Assembly: GCF_023055435.1 (NCBI RefSeq)
Contig: NW_025963779.1
Location: 8,618,001 to 8,682,000, forward strand
DNA length: 64,000 bases
From: Haliotis rufescens
Taxonomy: Eukaryota
Direction of reading: 5' to 3'
The notes beneath the pieces are model-generated. The model did not search any database. It had not been told where the DNA came from and saw only the letters and a list, made by a program, of their open reading frames with translations. How positions within the stretch are numbered: position 1 is the first letter of the stretch; every line of letters begins with the position of its first letter. Position numbers and translations under genes: made by a program. Below, one piece after another: positions 35,701 to 48,065 of this stretch.

Positions 35701-38004
35701 GCGTGAGTAAATGTGTCGCGGAAAATGGGCTGTTGCATCCCACTGTGTTGAAGGGACACAGAGACTCATTTGTCCTATCTTCTGTCAAATTAACTGTCTG
35801 GTTGACATTCATGTCTTGCTGTTTTTACCATTAACTGACCATGCCCTATATCTTGTGATAAAAGTTTGGAATTGATTTCATATTATCCGTCTAGAGTTTA
35901 TTTTGAAAAAAGAATGGGAAGGATCATAAAGTTTAGTCAGAGATCTTACTGCATAGCGTCTCGGTATGTTCGGTAATGCAAGAGTTAAGATTGGCAGATT
36001 TCCTTCTGTTTCTCAGTGTATTTTTAAGCTGTTGTCCTTAAAAGGAGATTGATCATATGTCGAAAGCTATTTTTGTTCCCCACAGCACTCATGATACGAT
36101 CCCTATGCACGTGAAATCCGTGATACGTGCACTTCACTTTATCGAATTTCTTATGTCAAAGCAAGCCACCTTACCATATTTCACAGCGGATTAAAAGACA
36201 TGATTTTGCAATTAAAGTAAGGCATGTCTAAATGTTTGACGTTTAAATAATGTCATGCATAATAAGCATCCGTTTCATGGGCTGACATTTCATCATACAT
36301 TCCCATCTCCTCAACGATCTATTCAGGATGTGGCAATGAATTGTACACACGAGAGCTGATTTATTGCACTCAAAGGTTTTTGAAAACGACTTTCAGCGTA
36401 ATATCTGTTTTAAAAGCCTCGTATTTGTAACGTTTCGTGTGTCGACATTTGCAAGATATTACCGTCTACACGATTTTGAACTAAAATAAATAAATAAATA
36501 ACATTTTAATAAAAGCTGCTCCCGGTATTAATTTTGTAATTTGGGGAATGTATTTAAATCTTTGTTTGCAGCATTCATACTTTAGAGGTACAAATAAAAG
36601 TCAGTGATGCGTTATTTTGTATTATTGCCAAACAACACATCGCTCAGATTGACTGCAAGGAAATGATTCTAACTTAAGGAGGCATGGATTTTTTAAAGAG
36701 TTCATGTGAAACGTTTGTTTGAAAGATACGATTATTTATCTTGTTCGTAATCAGGGAAGTCGAGGAAAGGAACAAAATGGAATCCGGAAAATACTCTGCT
36801 TCAACCAAATATCGAACTAGCTTCAGAGACGAAGTGAAATCACTTTGGAAGCAAAAGCGAAGTACTCGTTTTCCTTTTTTCGGTCAATTATCTGAGTAGG
36901 TTTGTTGATTTTTGTCTCGTCTTCATACCCTGGATTGAGTATCATTAGATTTGTACAGCTTGACATTAAAACTTGTGGTTACGTCTTTTTGTAGTATATA
37001 CTGTTTATTTGATTTTACACGAATTTAGCCTTGTTCGCATACATGTAACATGTGCATAGCCAAATCTTACGGCAAGCATGGTTTGCTGAAGAGCAGTTCT
37101 AACACGTCATCATTTTACTCTTTGTATATTTATAGAATACTAAAGTCTGTTTGTCGGAGAAATGTAAAGTTCTGAAAAATCTCTGGTGAGGTGATAATAT
37201 ATATTTTGATAAATTGTATAATTCTGGCTATATCGGGGTCTTCCTTAGTGGTGTGACTGAGTTAGTGAATGTTAACAAAGCCCTTTTTGCAGTTTTTAGA
37301 GTTTTGTTAATAGTACAAACCCAGGGTCCACTTTCACAAAGCGTTCGGAACTACGGCGGTCGAACCTTCCATAGTGCACCTGTGGCTGATGAGGCCACGC
37401 AGTGTCAAGTGGTTTTACGTTAAGATTGGCGTTGGTAACTCATAGAATCGAACACAAGGAAATATAAAATCAAATTGAACCGATGTAAATAGAGTGTAAA
37501 CTAAGTTTCGTTCCCCTCTGAATTATCCCCACACGAATAGTACACTGGACCATCTCCGTTACAGTTCAGTTACACTTCGGGAAACATATGATGGCTTTAT
37601 TTTTGTGGCCAACACTCATCATTTCGAAACAATGACATTTGTATTATCTCAAGAGATACATCCTGTATTCAAGTGATTAAGATGTCTTCAAGACGTTTAA
37701 TAATTGATTTTTAATTTCAAATGTTCCGTATGTGAAGATGTGTAAATTTCTTTACTGTCTAATCGAATGGAAATCACATATTTCTAAACGAAAATACAGT
37801 TTTAAGTCTCAGTCTAAAAAGACATGTCCTTTTCACGGTTAGCTGACCGTAAATGACACAAACTGTAACTACAGGTATATCTAGTTCTAAAAGACGGTTC
37901 AGGGTTCCACGGATTCCAGTCTGTATAATTAGGTCAATATCCCATCGGTGTAGACGAAAGCTGGTAGAGCAAAGTGGTTAATTGGACTTTTATCTGGAAA
38001 TACA

Positions 38005-39185
38005 TACGGTAATTGGAAACTAATCAAGAAGGCTTTATATTCATCAGTAGAAAGTATTTATATATTACAAAGTGTCATCCAAAAATTCATCACCAAAAAA
38101 AAGGTGTATACGGTGCACTAATAGATTCTAAAAAGGTGTTTCATGTGATTAACCAAAACAAGCTTTTGTGCTCTAAGCTTCGCAATGGAAGTTATGGCAA
38201 ATATTTCAAGATTATGAAGAATATGTATGATAATGTCAAATAAACTGTATCCGTGGACTATGGAAAGTAACAAACGAAATTCTTAAACGACTGCCTGTAG
38301 TGTAACACAAGGCTGTGCACTTAGCCCTTTATATATCCTTCTTGTTCATTAAATTAATGAACTCGCTACCCATTTCAACTGTTCATTTCCATAAGGAGTA
38401 ATTATATCGGAGGAAATGCATATTCACATGATTTTGCTGCCCTTTGCTGATGATCTGGTTTTAGTGGCTGATATTATTGTCAAGTTAGAACGAAGATTAA
38501 ATAAACTTTAAGACAATTCTATAATGCTGGGTATGAATATCAATTTAGAAATTAGAGTAAAGTAGTTGTAAGTAAATTTGATAAATGGACGTACAATGAT
38601 AAACCACAACGGCAGTTGTTGATACATATACAAATATGTGACTCCAAAGTATAGGCTTGCAAAACATTGTGCGAACAAGCTAGTAAAACTCTCTTTCCTA
38701 TTAAATCCCTTGTAAGGAAATATGAAATATGTACTATATATTTTGAATCATTGACATTGTGTATAGGTAATATTGTAAATGTATCTCGGGTTTATGATAT
38801 GGAACCTGAAACTATGTCACATATTGGGAAACTGGTAGATATCCTCTATGTATTATATATTTGGAAACATGTATCATGTACTGGCTTCGTCTGTTGACGA
38901 TGTCACATCAGAGGCACCCTTATCAATGCTATAGAATGTTAGTAAGTAACTATAATTGATAAGAAACCCCCAAATGGGGCTACCATCGTAAAAAAGATAG
39001 TATCTTTATTTCAACATGGTTTTGGGTATGTGTGGATTGCACTGGAATTGGGCGACCCTGATAAATTCATGTATACTTTAATGTATACAGAAATCGAATG
39101 ATAGACTACCCACAAACTGGTCTGCTATGCTTCACAACACATCATTAGAAATGAACAGTGACCAGGTTTGAACAACCAATTAACT
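38005..39185 (+). mobile_element. Decayed LINE RT and C-terminal region, unit 5
   Basis: ORF 38013-38243 (NKLLCSKLRNGSYGKYFKIMKNMYDNVK), LPFADDLVLV, GETGRYPL. Confidence 0.85.
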
Positions 39186-40335
39186 ATTTTGTCTGTCTGT
39201 CTGTCTTCAAGCTTTCTAAAAGATATTGTGTATTTATGTTTAAAGTTACCTGTCAAGGTAAAACAGTTGAGCTCAGTTCACACAATGTCTGTTTCATCTA
39301 CAACAGAGATCAGATACCACGACTAGCTTGAAGCAGTCGTCTCAAGATGTCTGTACATCCTAGGTGAGTAGAGATCATAATTAGGTTTTAATGTCTTTGG
39401 CCATTTCCACATATTGTCCGTTGCTACATTTTTCAAATTAGTTTGATTTTATTTGGCTCAAATGACCTTAGTTCCAGTTCTTTCAAAAGTTGTCACTAAA
39501 ACGTCATATGACTGAAGTAGTACTGAAAGGTGTATGAAGCGCTGACTACTGTTGTACTCCTGGTATTATTTTGTTATAACAGCTGACATTTCCCATTCTT
39601 CCTTGTATTTGGACCGCATCAGTGGCCGAGTGCATAGAGCGTCTTCCCGGGGAGTTGAAGTTCGGCAGTACGATCCCCAGTCATACCAAAAGACGTTAAA
39701 AGATTTTACCTGTTCCCTTTAGGGCGATTGAGGGGACACAATGAGAACTGGTTGGGGCTCGGAGTCAGTATTCTTTGTCTGAGTTGGGTATCTATGTTAA
39801 ACAGGGGCTTGGTATCTGAGGGGGGCTAGCACTGTTAAACCGACATGAGTCCGGACTAGTACAGGCACACACACGCACGCACGCACGCACGCATGCACGC
39901 ACGCACGCACGTCTCTATATAAGCGCAATAATCTTGAACGCAATGTTAAACCCCATTTCGCCTCACCTTGTTGTATTTGTCAAACAATCTGACTTCAAAG
40001 TAAGATCTGCAATTGTCATGCCTGTTAATATTAGTAATATTGTGTCTGTAACAGAGGCTCTTGTTACAATATTAATAGTTTCTGGTAGATTACAAACACA
40101 AACACCTTTTTGCTAGAAGTAATTCAACATACGTTATATGATCAATTTTTTCGTTCACTTCTGATATTAAGCATTATGTCTCAGTTTCAGTATCTGCAAA
40201 GTGTTATGAACGATGTAACGGCACACTTTCGTTGTAAAAATATTGACTGTAAAAGGAAACCCTTAGCATAAAATAAGTGGTTCTTCTGTGGTTGTTTCTT
40301 CCACAAAACAGATCAAATAGGCCATACATCTTTGA

Positions 40336-40617
40336 GTGAGTGAGTGAGTGAGTTTGGTTTAACGCCGCTTTTAACATTTTTCCAGTTATATCACGGCGTG
40401 TCAGCTTAATGTGGGAGGAAAGCCCGAAGTGATGCAGGTCTAAGACGTTTACCACTTCGGTGAAACCCACTAGCACGGGTATGGTGCTGACAAACCTAGA
40501 AACATAATCGGGGCGAACCGGGATTCGAACCCACAATCATAGGTTTCTGGCGTGCCCAGGGACGCAACTCTGCACAGCGAATCGCGGCGCCTTAGACGAC
40601 TGGGCCACCCGTGCCCC
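40336..40617 (-). mobile_element. Young full-length tRNA-derived SINE with 14-bp TSD
   Basis: The minus strand reads GGGGCACGGGTGGCCCAGTCGTCTAAGGCG (box A), GGTTCGAATCCC (box B), and tail GCGGCGTTAAACCAA(ACTC)n. TSD CCATACATCTTTGA at 40322-40335 and 40618-40631. Empty site at about 53325. Confidence 0.93.
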
Positions 40618-43600
40618 CCATACATCTTTGACAATGTATATAGAAATATTAATATGAGTGTAGGAAACCAACGAAATGAAGGTTTTACAGACATTCCGAT
40701 AGAAAGATAAGTGAAAAGCCCACGCAAGTGTCAGGTTTTGTGAGGAGATTTCACATTAATCTACCGAACAATTCAAAGAATTTGCATGGGGTAAAACCTC
40801 GTAATAAACATCGTATACAATAGTGTGGGATTGCAGCTCCCCTCCACTCGAGTCATCCGACATTTTGAGACACACTCGACCACTTACATCCGAATGGTTC
40901 AGATTAACTAATTTCATTAAAGAATGATGTCATCATGTTTCACAATGAAAATCAGTTTCAAGCCACAGAGTATGTAAACGTGATTAAAACTTCAGCACTT
41001 CAAAGTGCATTCACACAAGAAAGTGTAAGAACTATTTCCGTTCTGAATGCAATAAATCTCTTGAAACTCGTGGATTCAGAATAATAGATGTCTGAGCAAG
41101 ACCAAAGGCTCCATCAAGTATTGAGGAATTAACGTTCACTATATAAACAAAGCAATTGCAGTAGAAATTGTCCTTATTTTCCTCATCAGATAGCTAGGAA
41201 ATCTTACCCCGGAATGCCACGATGGTAAAGTATTTGAAAGTATTCCAGAAGCAAATTTAATTTGTTCTCAGCGTTGAAACAATGTGGAGAAAAGAAAATG
41301 TGTGAAACTAACATGCATGTGTTCTGTTAAGCTGGATGTATTAAGGGGAAACTGTCTAAATGCAGATGAACTGTTTCCAGTTTGTTAGTTCATTCTTTGG
41401 TTGTTAGGTCTTTAGGCTGAGCGATATTCTGGAAATATATAAAGACCGGGTTCGACTTCCAAAGGGAAAGACATTGAGTTCCTCTTCAGGGTTTGGACGA
41501 ATAATTGGTAAAAGAGATATGACACACTTCTACACTGGTTACTCGCGTTGATCTTAGTACAGCTACACTGACATATGTTTGTAATGAACCATGGTGTTAA
41601 CGACTGCACTCACTCTCACGTTTGTAAATAAATCACGTGTGAAGTTTTAATCGGTGTGCATGCATAACGCCATGGTAAATCTGTAATGTTGTTGATTGTA
41701 GCTTTAAATGCCATTCATTCACTCACTTATACATTCGTTCTTGATATTGTTGTAATTTCGAGGACCAAAGCATAGATCTCATTTACTCGCCGTGATATTG
41801 ATGTAAAGTTCTTAAAGGCATAAACCTCTTTCATTCACGCAATCACTCTCATTTGTAGACGCCCGCACCCTCAATGATACATCTATAATGTTGATATACA
41901 CTCACACTTTGTAAATCAGGGTCAGATTTGGTGCTCAGCAACCAATGCTTGTTGTAAGCGGCTGCTAACGGGATCGGGCGGTCTTTCTCGCTGACTTGGT
42001 TGATGCATGTCATCTTTTCCGGATATGGGCTTGAATATTTCCGAGTGCAGTGTTAAAAAACCCAAATTAACAGTTTGTCGAAACGTGCACCCAATGTGAT
42101 GTTGCTATAATGTTGCTGACAAAGGCATCAACTGTCTTGCACAAATATTTATATAACATTCATATACAAAAGAAACTCCACTGTATGTTCGCCATCTCCA
42201 CGTGTATAGCCCTTACCCAGCTTAGGGTCCTTCCCACATGAACAATTGACTTGTTTTACCGTCGTTTATCTCAATCATTTTAGTCAACATTAGGGTTTTA
42301 CGCCATTTTGACACTTAAATGGGCGGAATAGATCATGAAAAGAGAAAAATAGCTCTAATTTAATCAATCTCATTTCCAGCGCATGTTGTTTCCCAACCTA
42401 TTTTGTGTAAAGAACAGACTGTCGCGGTGAGGAGCTTGTAGTTTGATATCAAAAGGATAATAAGTACTTTTCGGAAAATCGAAAGTCTACCATAACAAAT
42501 ACAGTTTCCGTTTTGTTTGTCCCTTATTTTGTTCAACCAGTATGTTTATCGCAACGTTGCCGCAATTTCTCGAAGATATAAATGTGTTGCACAATTATCT
42601 AACGGTTTATTTTGACAGTATACATGCATGTTTTGTTTTACATTTTTCTCCTCATCTGTTTTTGATGCTGTAAATAGCTTATCTCACAGGAAATTATTCT
42701 TGCAAGAATCGCATGGAGCCGTGAGGTATTAATAATTCAAAACTGTCCGACACCTTATAGCCAGGAACACCTTTTCAAAAACAATTTTGATTTGATCATA
42801 AAATCTGGTGTCACATGAAAGATATCTTTATGGAATTTTACTTAACTGGAAAGATGCCTACAGATCATCTATGACGTTCTGCGCCCACGGGTACACTTAG
42901 TCTCATTTTAATTTAAATTGCGTCATGAAAGTGTTACGATACTTTGACGTAAACTCAAGCCAATCAAATCCGATTGGAAGCATCACATCCGGGTAACACC
43001 GCCAATGTCAATGCACAGATCACTCGCTACCGTGTAGCCTGGAGATGCTATCTATTTCTTTCATTGTTGCCATGATGCGTAGGTTTGCCGGTGCAGAATA
43101 GACCCCCAGTTCTGTTTGTTTGTTTTTAACGCCGCACTCAGCAATATTCCAGCTTTTTGACGGCGGATTGTAAATAATGAAGTCTTGAACAGACACTATA
43201 AGGATTGACATCAAGAGCATCCATCTTCGAAAATGGGATACCAAGTCAGCCAGTCAGACCACCCGTTCCCGTTAGCCGCCTCTTACGACAAACGTGGATT
43301 GCTGAATAAACCCCAAGTATTCGATGCTTGTCACTGGATACGACTAAATGAGCATTGTATGGTTGCAGTGGGTTGACTGACTGATTTAATTCTCCGAAAT
43401 TGCTCCAAGCTTAATATATAAACTAAACCGAACGCAGATTGAAAAGTATATTTGGTACGGATATTCCCGCATTCCCCAAAACAGAAATCTTGCAGTTTGG
43501 AGTTATTGGCCCACAAAGGTTCCCAGAAAGGATAATTAAAGACCTGAGCGAAACGTATTGAAAGTGTTTTATCTTGGATATGAGGAGGACGGGACTTTTT

Positions 43601-46600
43601 CAGAAGAAGAATTGACGTGCAGTTTAATGTGTTTGTGACAGGTGCCATTTATGGGGCAGGATGCGTGCACTTTTTCCCGAACTACTTGTATTATCATTGT
43701 TTGATAGCGAGTCACAAACACCTAGTCGTGGTATATTCGGAATCGTACAATGGACTCTTAAGACTTCTTAAAAGAGTCCCCCATAACCCAACAATACCTG
43801 CATAACATTATTACAAACGATCTATCGAAGCTTTTCACAGTGTGATTCCAACAATGCGTGTATAAATGAGTCGCTGAAAATGGGCTGTTGCATCCCGCTG
43901 TGTTGAAGGGACACAGAGACTCATATTTCCTATCTTCTGTCGAATTAACTGTCTTATTGACATTCATGTCTTGCTGTTTTTTATCATTCACTGACCATGC
44001 TCTACATCTTGTGATTAACGTTTGGAATTATTTTCATATGATCCGTCTAGAGTTCATTTTGAAAATAGAATGGGAAGAGTAGAAAGTTTAATAAGACACC
44101 TTATTGCATAGCGTTCCTTGTTCTATTCTGTTGGAGGTTTCAGATAGCGGCCCTCTATGTTCGGCAATGCAAGAGTTAAGATAAATAGATTTCTCAATAT
44201 ATTTTAAAGCTGTTGTCCCCCACAAAACTCTTGATACGACCCCTTTGCACGTGTAATCCGTGATACCTGCACTTCACTGTATCGAATGTCAAAGCAAGCG
44301 TTCCAACATACCATATTTCACAGCGGAATAAAAGACATGGTTTTGCAATTACAATAAGGCATGTCTAAATGTTTGACGTTTAAATAATGTCATGCATAAT
44401 AAGCATCCGTTTCATGGGCCGACATTCCATCATACATTCCCATCTCCTCAACGATCTCTACAGGACGTGGCAATGAATTGAACACACGAGAGCTGATTTA
44501 TTGCACTCAAAGGTTTTTGAAAACGACTTTCAGCGTAATGTCTGTTTTAAAAGCATCGTATTTGTAACGTTTCCTGTGTTGACATTCGCAAGACATTACC
44601 GTCTGCACGTTTGAACTAAAATAAATAAATAAATGTTTGTCATTAACGAAATTTTGTAATTTGGGGAATGTATTTAAATCTTCGTTTGCAGTATTCGTGC
44701 TTTAGAGGTACAAATAAAAGTCAGTGATGCGTTAATTTGTATGGTGTCTCATTAACTATTGAAAAAGTTAATTGCAACTACATTAGCAAACAGTTGAAAG
44801 ATATAATGCAAAACCTTATCTAGTTAAATGAAACTAAATCAGATTTCGATTCAATATTTTTTTTAAACTCAACTGTCGGTTCTCTTGGCGTTCTTTTGAC
44901 GTCATGATTGTCACAGAATTTGAATGGACTCCGGAAATACAAGCATATTTTGACGAAACCGAGATAATAAGTGATAAAAGATCCTCGTAAGGATACCTAC
45001 CTTTGTTGAGATAGCGAAACCTGTTTGAAGGTATAGCCGATTAATAGAAATAGGTTACTAGCTATTATTCAATTCAAAGAACTCAGAAATTGGGAAATCA
45101 AACATCGCTTCCTGCTTTCCCGTAATCCAGCCACTGATGCCCTTTACTTAGAGGGCGATACGCAGACTAAAAACTAATCAGTGAGTGAGTGTAGTTACAA
45201 CGAATCAAGATTTATCGCAATCAGTGAAGCAAGAACAAGCCGAGCCTTGTGAATGGTCCTTGCCAAACAACACATCCCTCAGATTGACTCCAAAGAAATG
45301 ATTCAAACTTAAGGAGGCACCGAATTTTTAAAGTCTTCATGTGAAACGTTTCTTTGAAAGATACGATTATTTATCTTGTTCCTAATCAGGGAAGTCGAGG
45401 AAAGGGATGACTTTGAATCCGGACAATAATCATTCTGCTTTAACCAAATATCGAACTAGCTTCAGAGACGAAGTGAAATCACATTGGAAACAAAATTATC
45501 TGAGAAGGTTAGCTGTTTTTTGTTTTGTCTTCATATCCTGGATTGAGTATCATGAGATTTGTATAACTTGACCTCAAACCTGTGGTTACATCTTTTTCGA
45601 ATATATAATGTACATTTGATTTTGCATGAATTCAGGCTTGTTCGTATATATGTAAGATGTATATCGACACCTCTTACGGCAGGCACGGATCGCTGAAGGG
45701 CGGTTCTAACACGTCATCATTTTACTGTATGTATTTTAGCTTATTAAAGTCTGTCGGAGAAATGTTAAGTTCTAAAAAATCTGTGGTCAGGGTTTAAAAT
45801 ATATTTTCGTAAATTGTATAATGTTGGCTGTATCGGGGTCTTCCTTTGTGGTGTGCCTGAGTTAGTGAATTTTAAGAAAGCTTTGGACTTTTTTCAGTTT
45901 TCTCGCCGTTGTCGTTAATGGAAGAAATGCTGACAAACCAAGGATCTTAATCTTTCACTAGAGTGCGTGTGTATGGTTTTCCTCAACCTTTAGCATTATT
46001 ATATTATTATTAAATTGGCTTACCCATATGGGGAATCGAACCTAGATCTTGGGCGTGAAGAGCGAAGCCGCTAGGCTAAACCACCGCCCCTCTTTGACTA
46101 GAATTGGCAGCCAAGTGTCGTAACTTAACACAACGAGCACACATTATCCTGGGATGGAAACGAGAATTGACACGACGTAAAGTACAAACCCAGGGTCCTC
46201 TTTCACAAAGCGTTCGGAACTACGACGGTCGAGACTTCCACAGTGGAACCGAGACTTATGAGACAACGCAGTTTCACGTGGTTTTACGTTGAGGTTGGCT
46301 TTGCGAACTCATACCATCGAACACTGGGGACTGGGCCATCTCCGTACTAGTCCAGTTACACTTCGGAAAACATAGGGTCGCTTTATTTCTTTGGTCAGCA
46401 CTCAACATTTCGAGAAAATGACATTTGTCTGATCTTAATTATTTAATTCTTCTGTTCGGGTGGTTAAGATGTCTTCGAGAAGTTTAATGATTTATACACA
46501 TGGTAGTAATATACTTAAATTTCAAATGTTCCGTATGTGAAGTACATTTGTAAATGTCTTTACTCGTAACTGTCTAATTGAATGGAAATCACATATTTCT

Positions 46601-46774
46601 AAAAGAAAATACATTTTTTTCTTTAAGTTTCAGTCTAACCAGATACGTCACGGTTATCTGAGTGTAAATGACACAAACTTTAACTACAGGTATAGCTAGT
46701 TCTAAAAGACGTTTCAGGGTTCCGTGGATTCCAGTCTCTATAATTAGGTCAATTTCCCAAAGGTGAAGATGCTG

Positions 46775-47430
46775 TGGGGTATGAATATCAATCAAGAAAA
46801 AGAGTAAAGTAGTTGTAAGTAAATAGGTAAATTTGATCAATGAACGTACAATGATAAACCACAATTGCAGTTGGTAATGCATATATTTATGTGGGTCTTG
46901 TCATGACTTCAAAGTGTGGTCAAAGGCTTGCAAAACAAGCTGGTAAAACTTTCTTTCCTATTTAATCTCTCGTAAGGAAATATGATATATTTACTATATA
47001 ATTTGAATCATTGACATCGTACATAGGAAATAGTGTAATTGTATCTTAGGTTTACGATGTAGAACCCAAAACTGTTTTACATGTGGGGAAACTGGTAGAT
47101 ATCCTCTATGTATTATATATTTGGAAACATGTATCATGTACTGGCTTCGTCTGTTGACGATGTCACATCAGAGGCACCCTCATCAATGCTATAGAATGTT
47201 AGTAAGTTACAATAATTGATAAGAAACACCCAAAATGGGGCTACCATCGTTAGAAAGATAGTACCTTTATTTCAACATGGTTTTGGGTATGTGTGGATTG
47301 CACCATAACTGGGCGACCCTGTTCGATTTATGGATTCTGAAATGTGTATAGAAATCGAATGATAGACTTTGCTACCCAAAAAAACAAATCATTAGAAATG
47401 AACAGTGACCAGGCTTGAACATCGAATAAA
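46775..47430 (+). mobile_element. LINE relic with RT core deleted, unit 6
   Basis: Only the post-ADD part remains (CGETGRYPLCIIYLETCIMYWLRLLTM). Confidence 0.75.
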
Positions 47431-48065
47431 CCTTTTGTCTCTTTCTCTCTGTCTGTCTGTCAGTCTGTCTGTCTTCAAGCATATGCTTGTTCATTCGAAA
47501 CTACATCTCACACGCTGTAAGCGTTGTAAAACAATATTCATTCATTACGTTGGTATTTGAATATCACGAATTTGAAAGCCACAATGCATATGTGCCACGA
47601 TATCAAATACTAATAAAAAACCTTGCAACTTGTTTTACAGATAAAAAGGGACTTATTTGATGCTGATTCCGATCATGTAACATGCTTTACGTATGTGTGT
47701 GATCGTGATTAAGTGTGTTATTTTGAGAGGGTGGGTTCGAATCCCGTTCGAATATGTTGCATTTGATCGCTTTCTAAAAGATATTGTGTATTTATGTTTA
47801 AAGTTACCTGTCAAGGTAAAACAGTTGAGCTCAGTTCATACAATGTCTGTTTCATCTACAACAGAGATCAGATACCACGACTAGCTTGCAGCTGTCGTCT
47901 CAAGATGTCTGTACATCCTAGGTGAGTAGAGGTCATAATGAGGTTTTAATGTCTTTGGCCATTTCCACATATTGTCCGTTGCTACATTTTTCAAAACAGT
48001 TTGATTTTATTTGGTTCACATGATCTTAGTTCCAGGTCCTTCAAAAGTTGTCACTTGTTCCTATA

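Larger units (their letters stand above)
33837..40796. repeat. Unit 5 (type C', shortened by several deletions)
   Basis: Deletion junctions at about 34556, 36625, 37285 and 39210 relative to unit 3. Confidence 0.85.

Noticed and set aside
40505-40617. tRNA gene
   Set aside because: Boxes A and B are present, but there is no proper cloverleaf. It continues into a SINE body with an (ACTC)n tail and a TSD.
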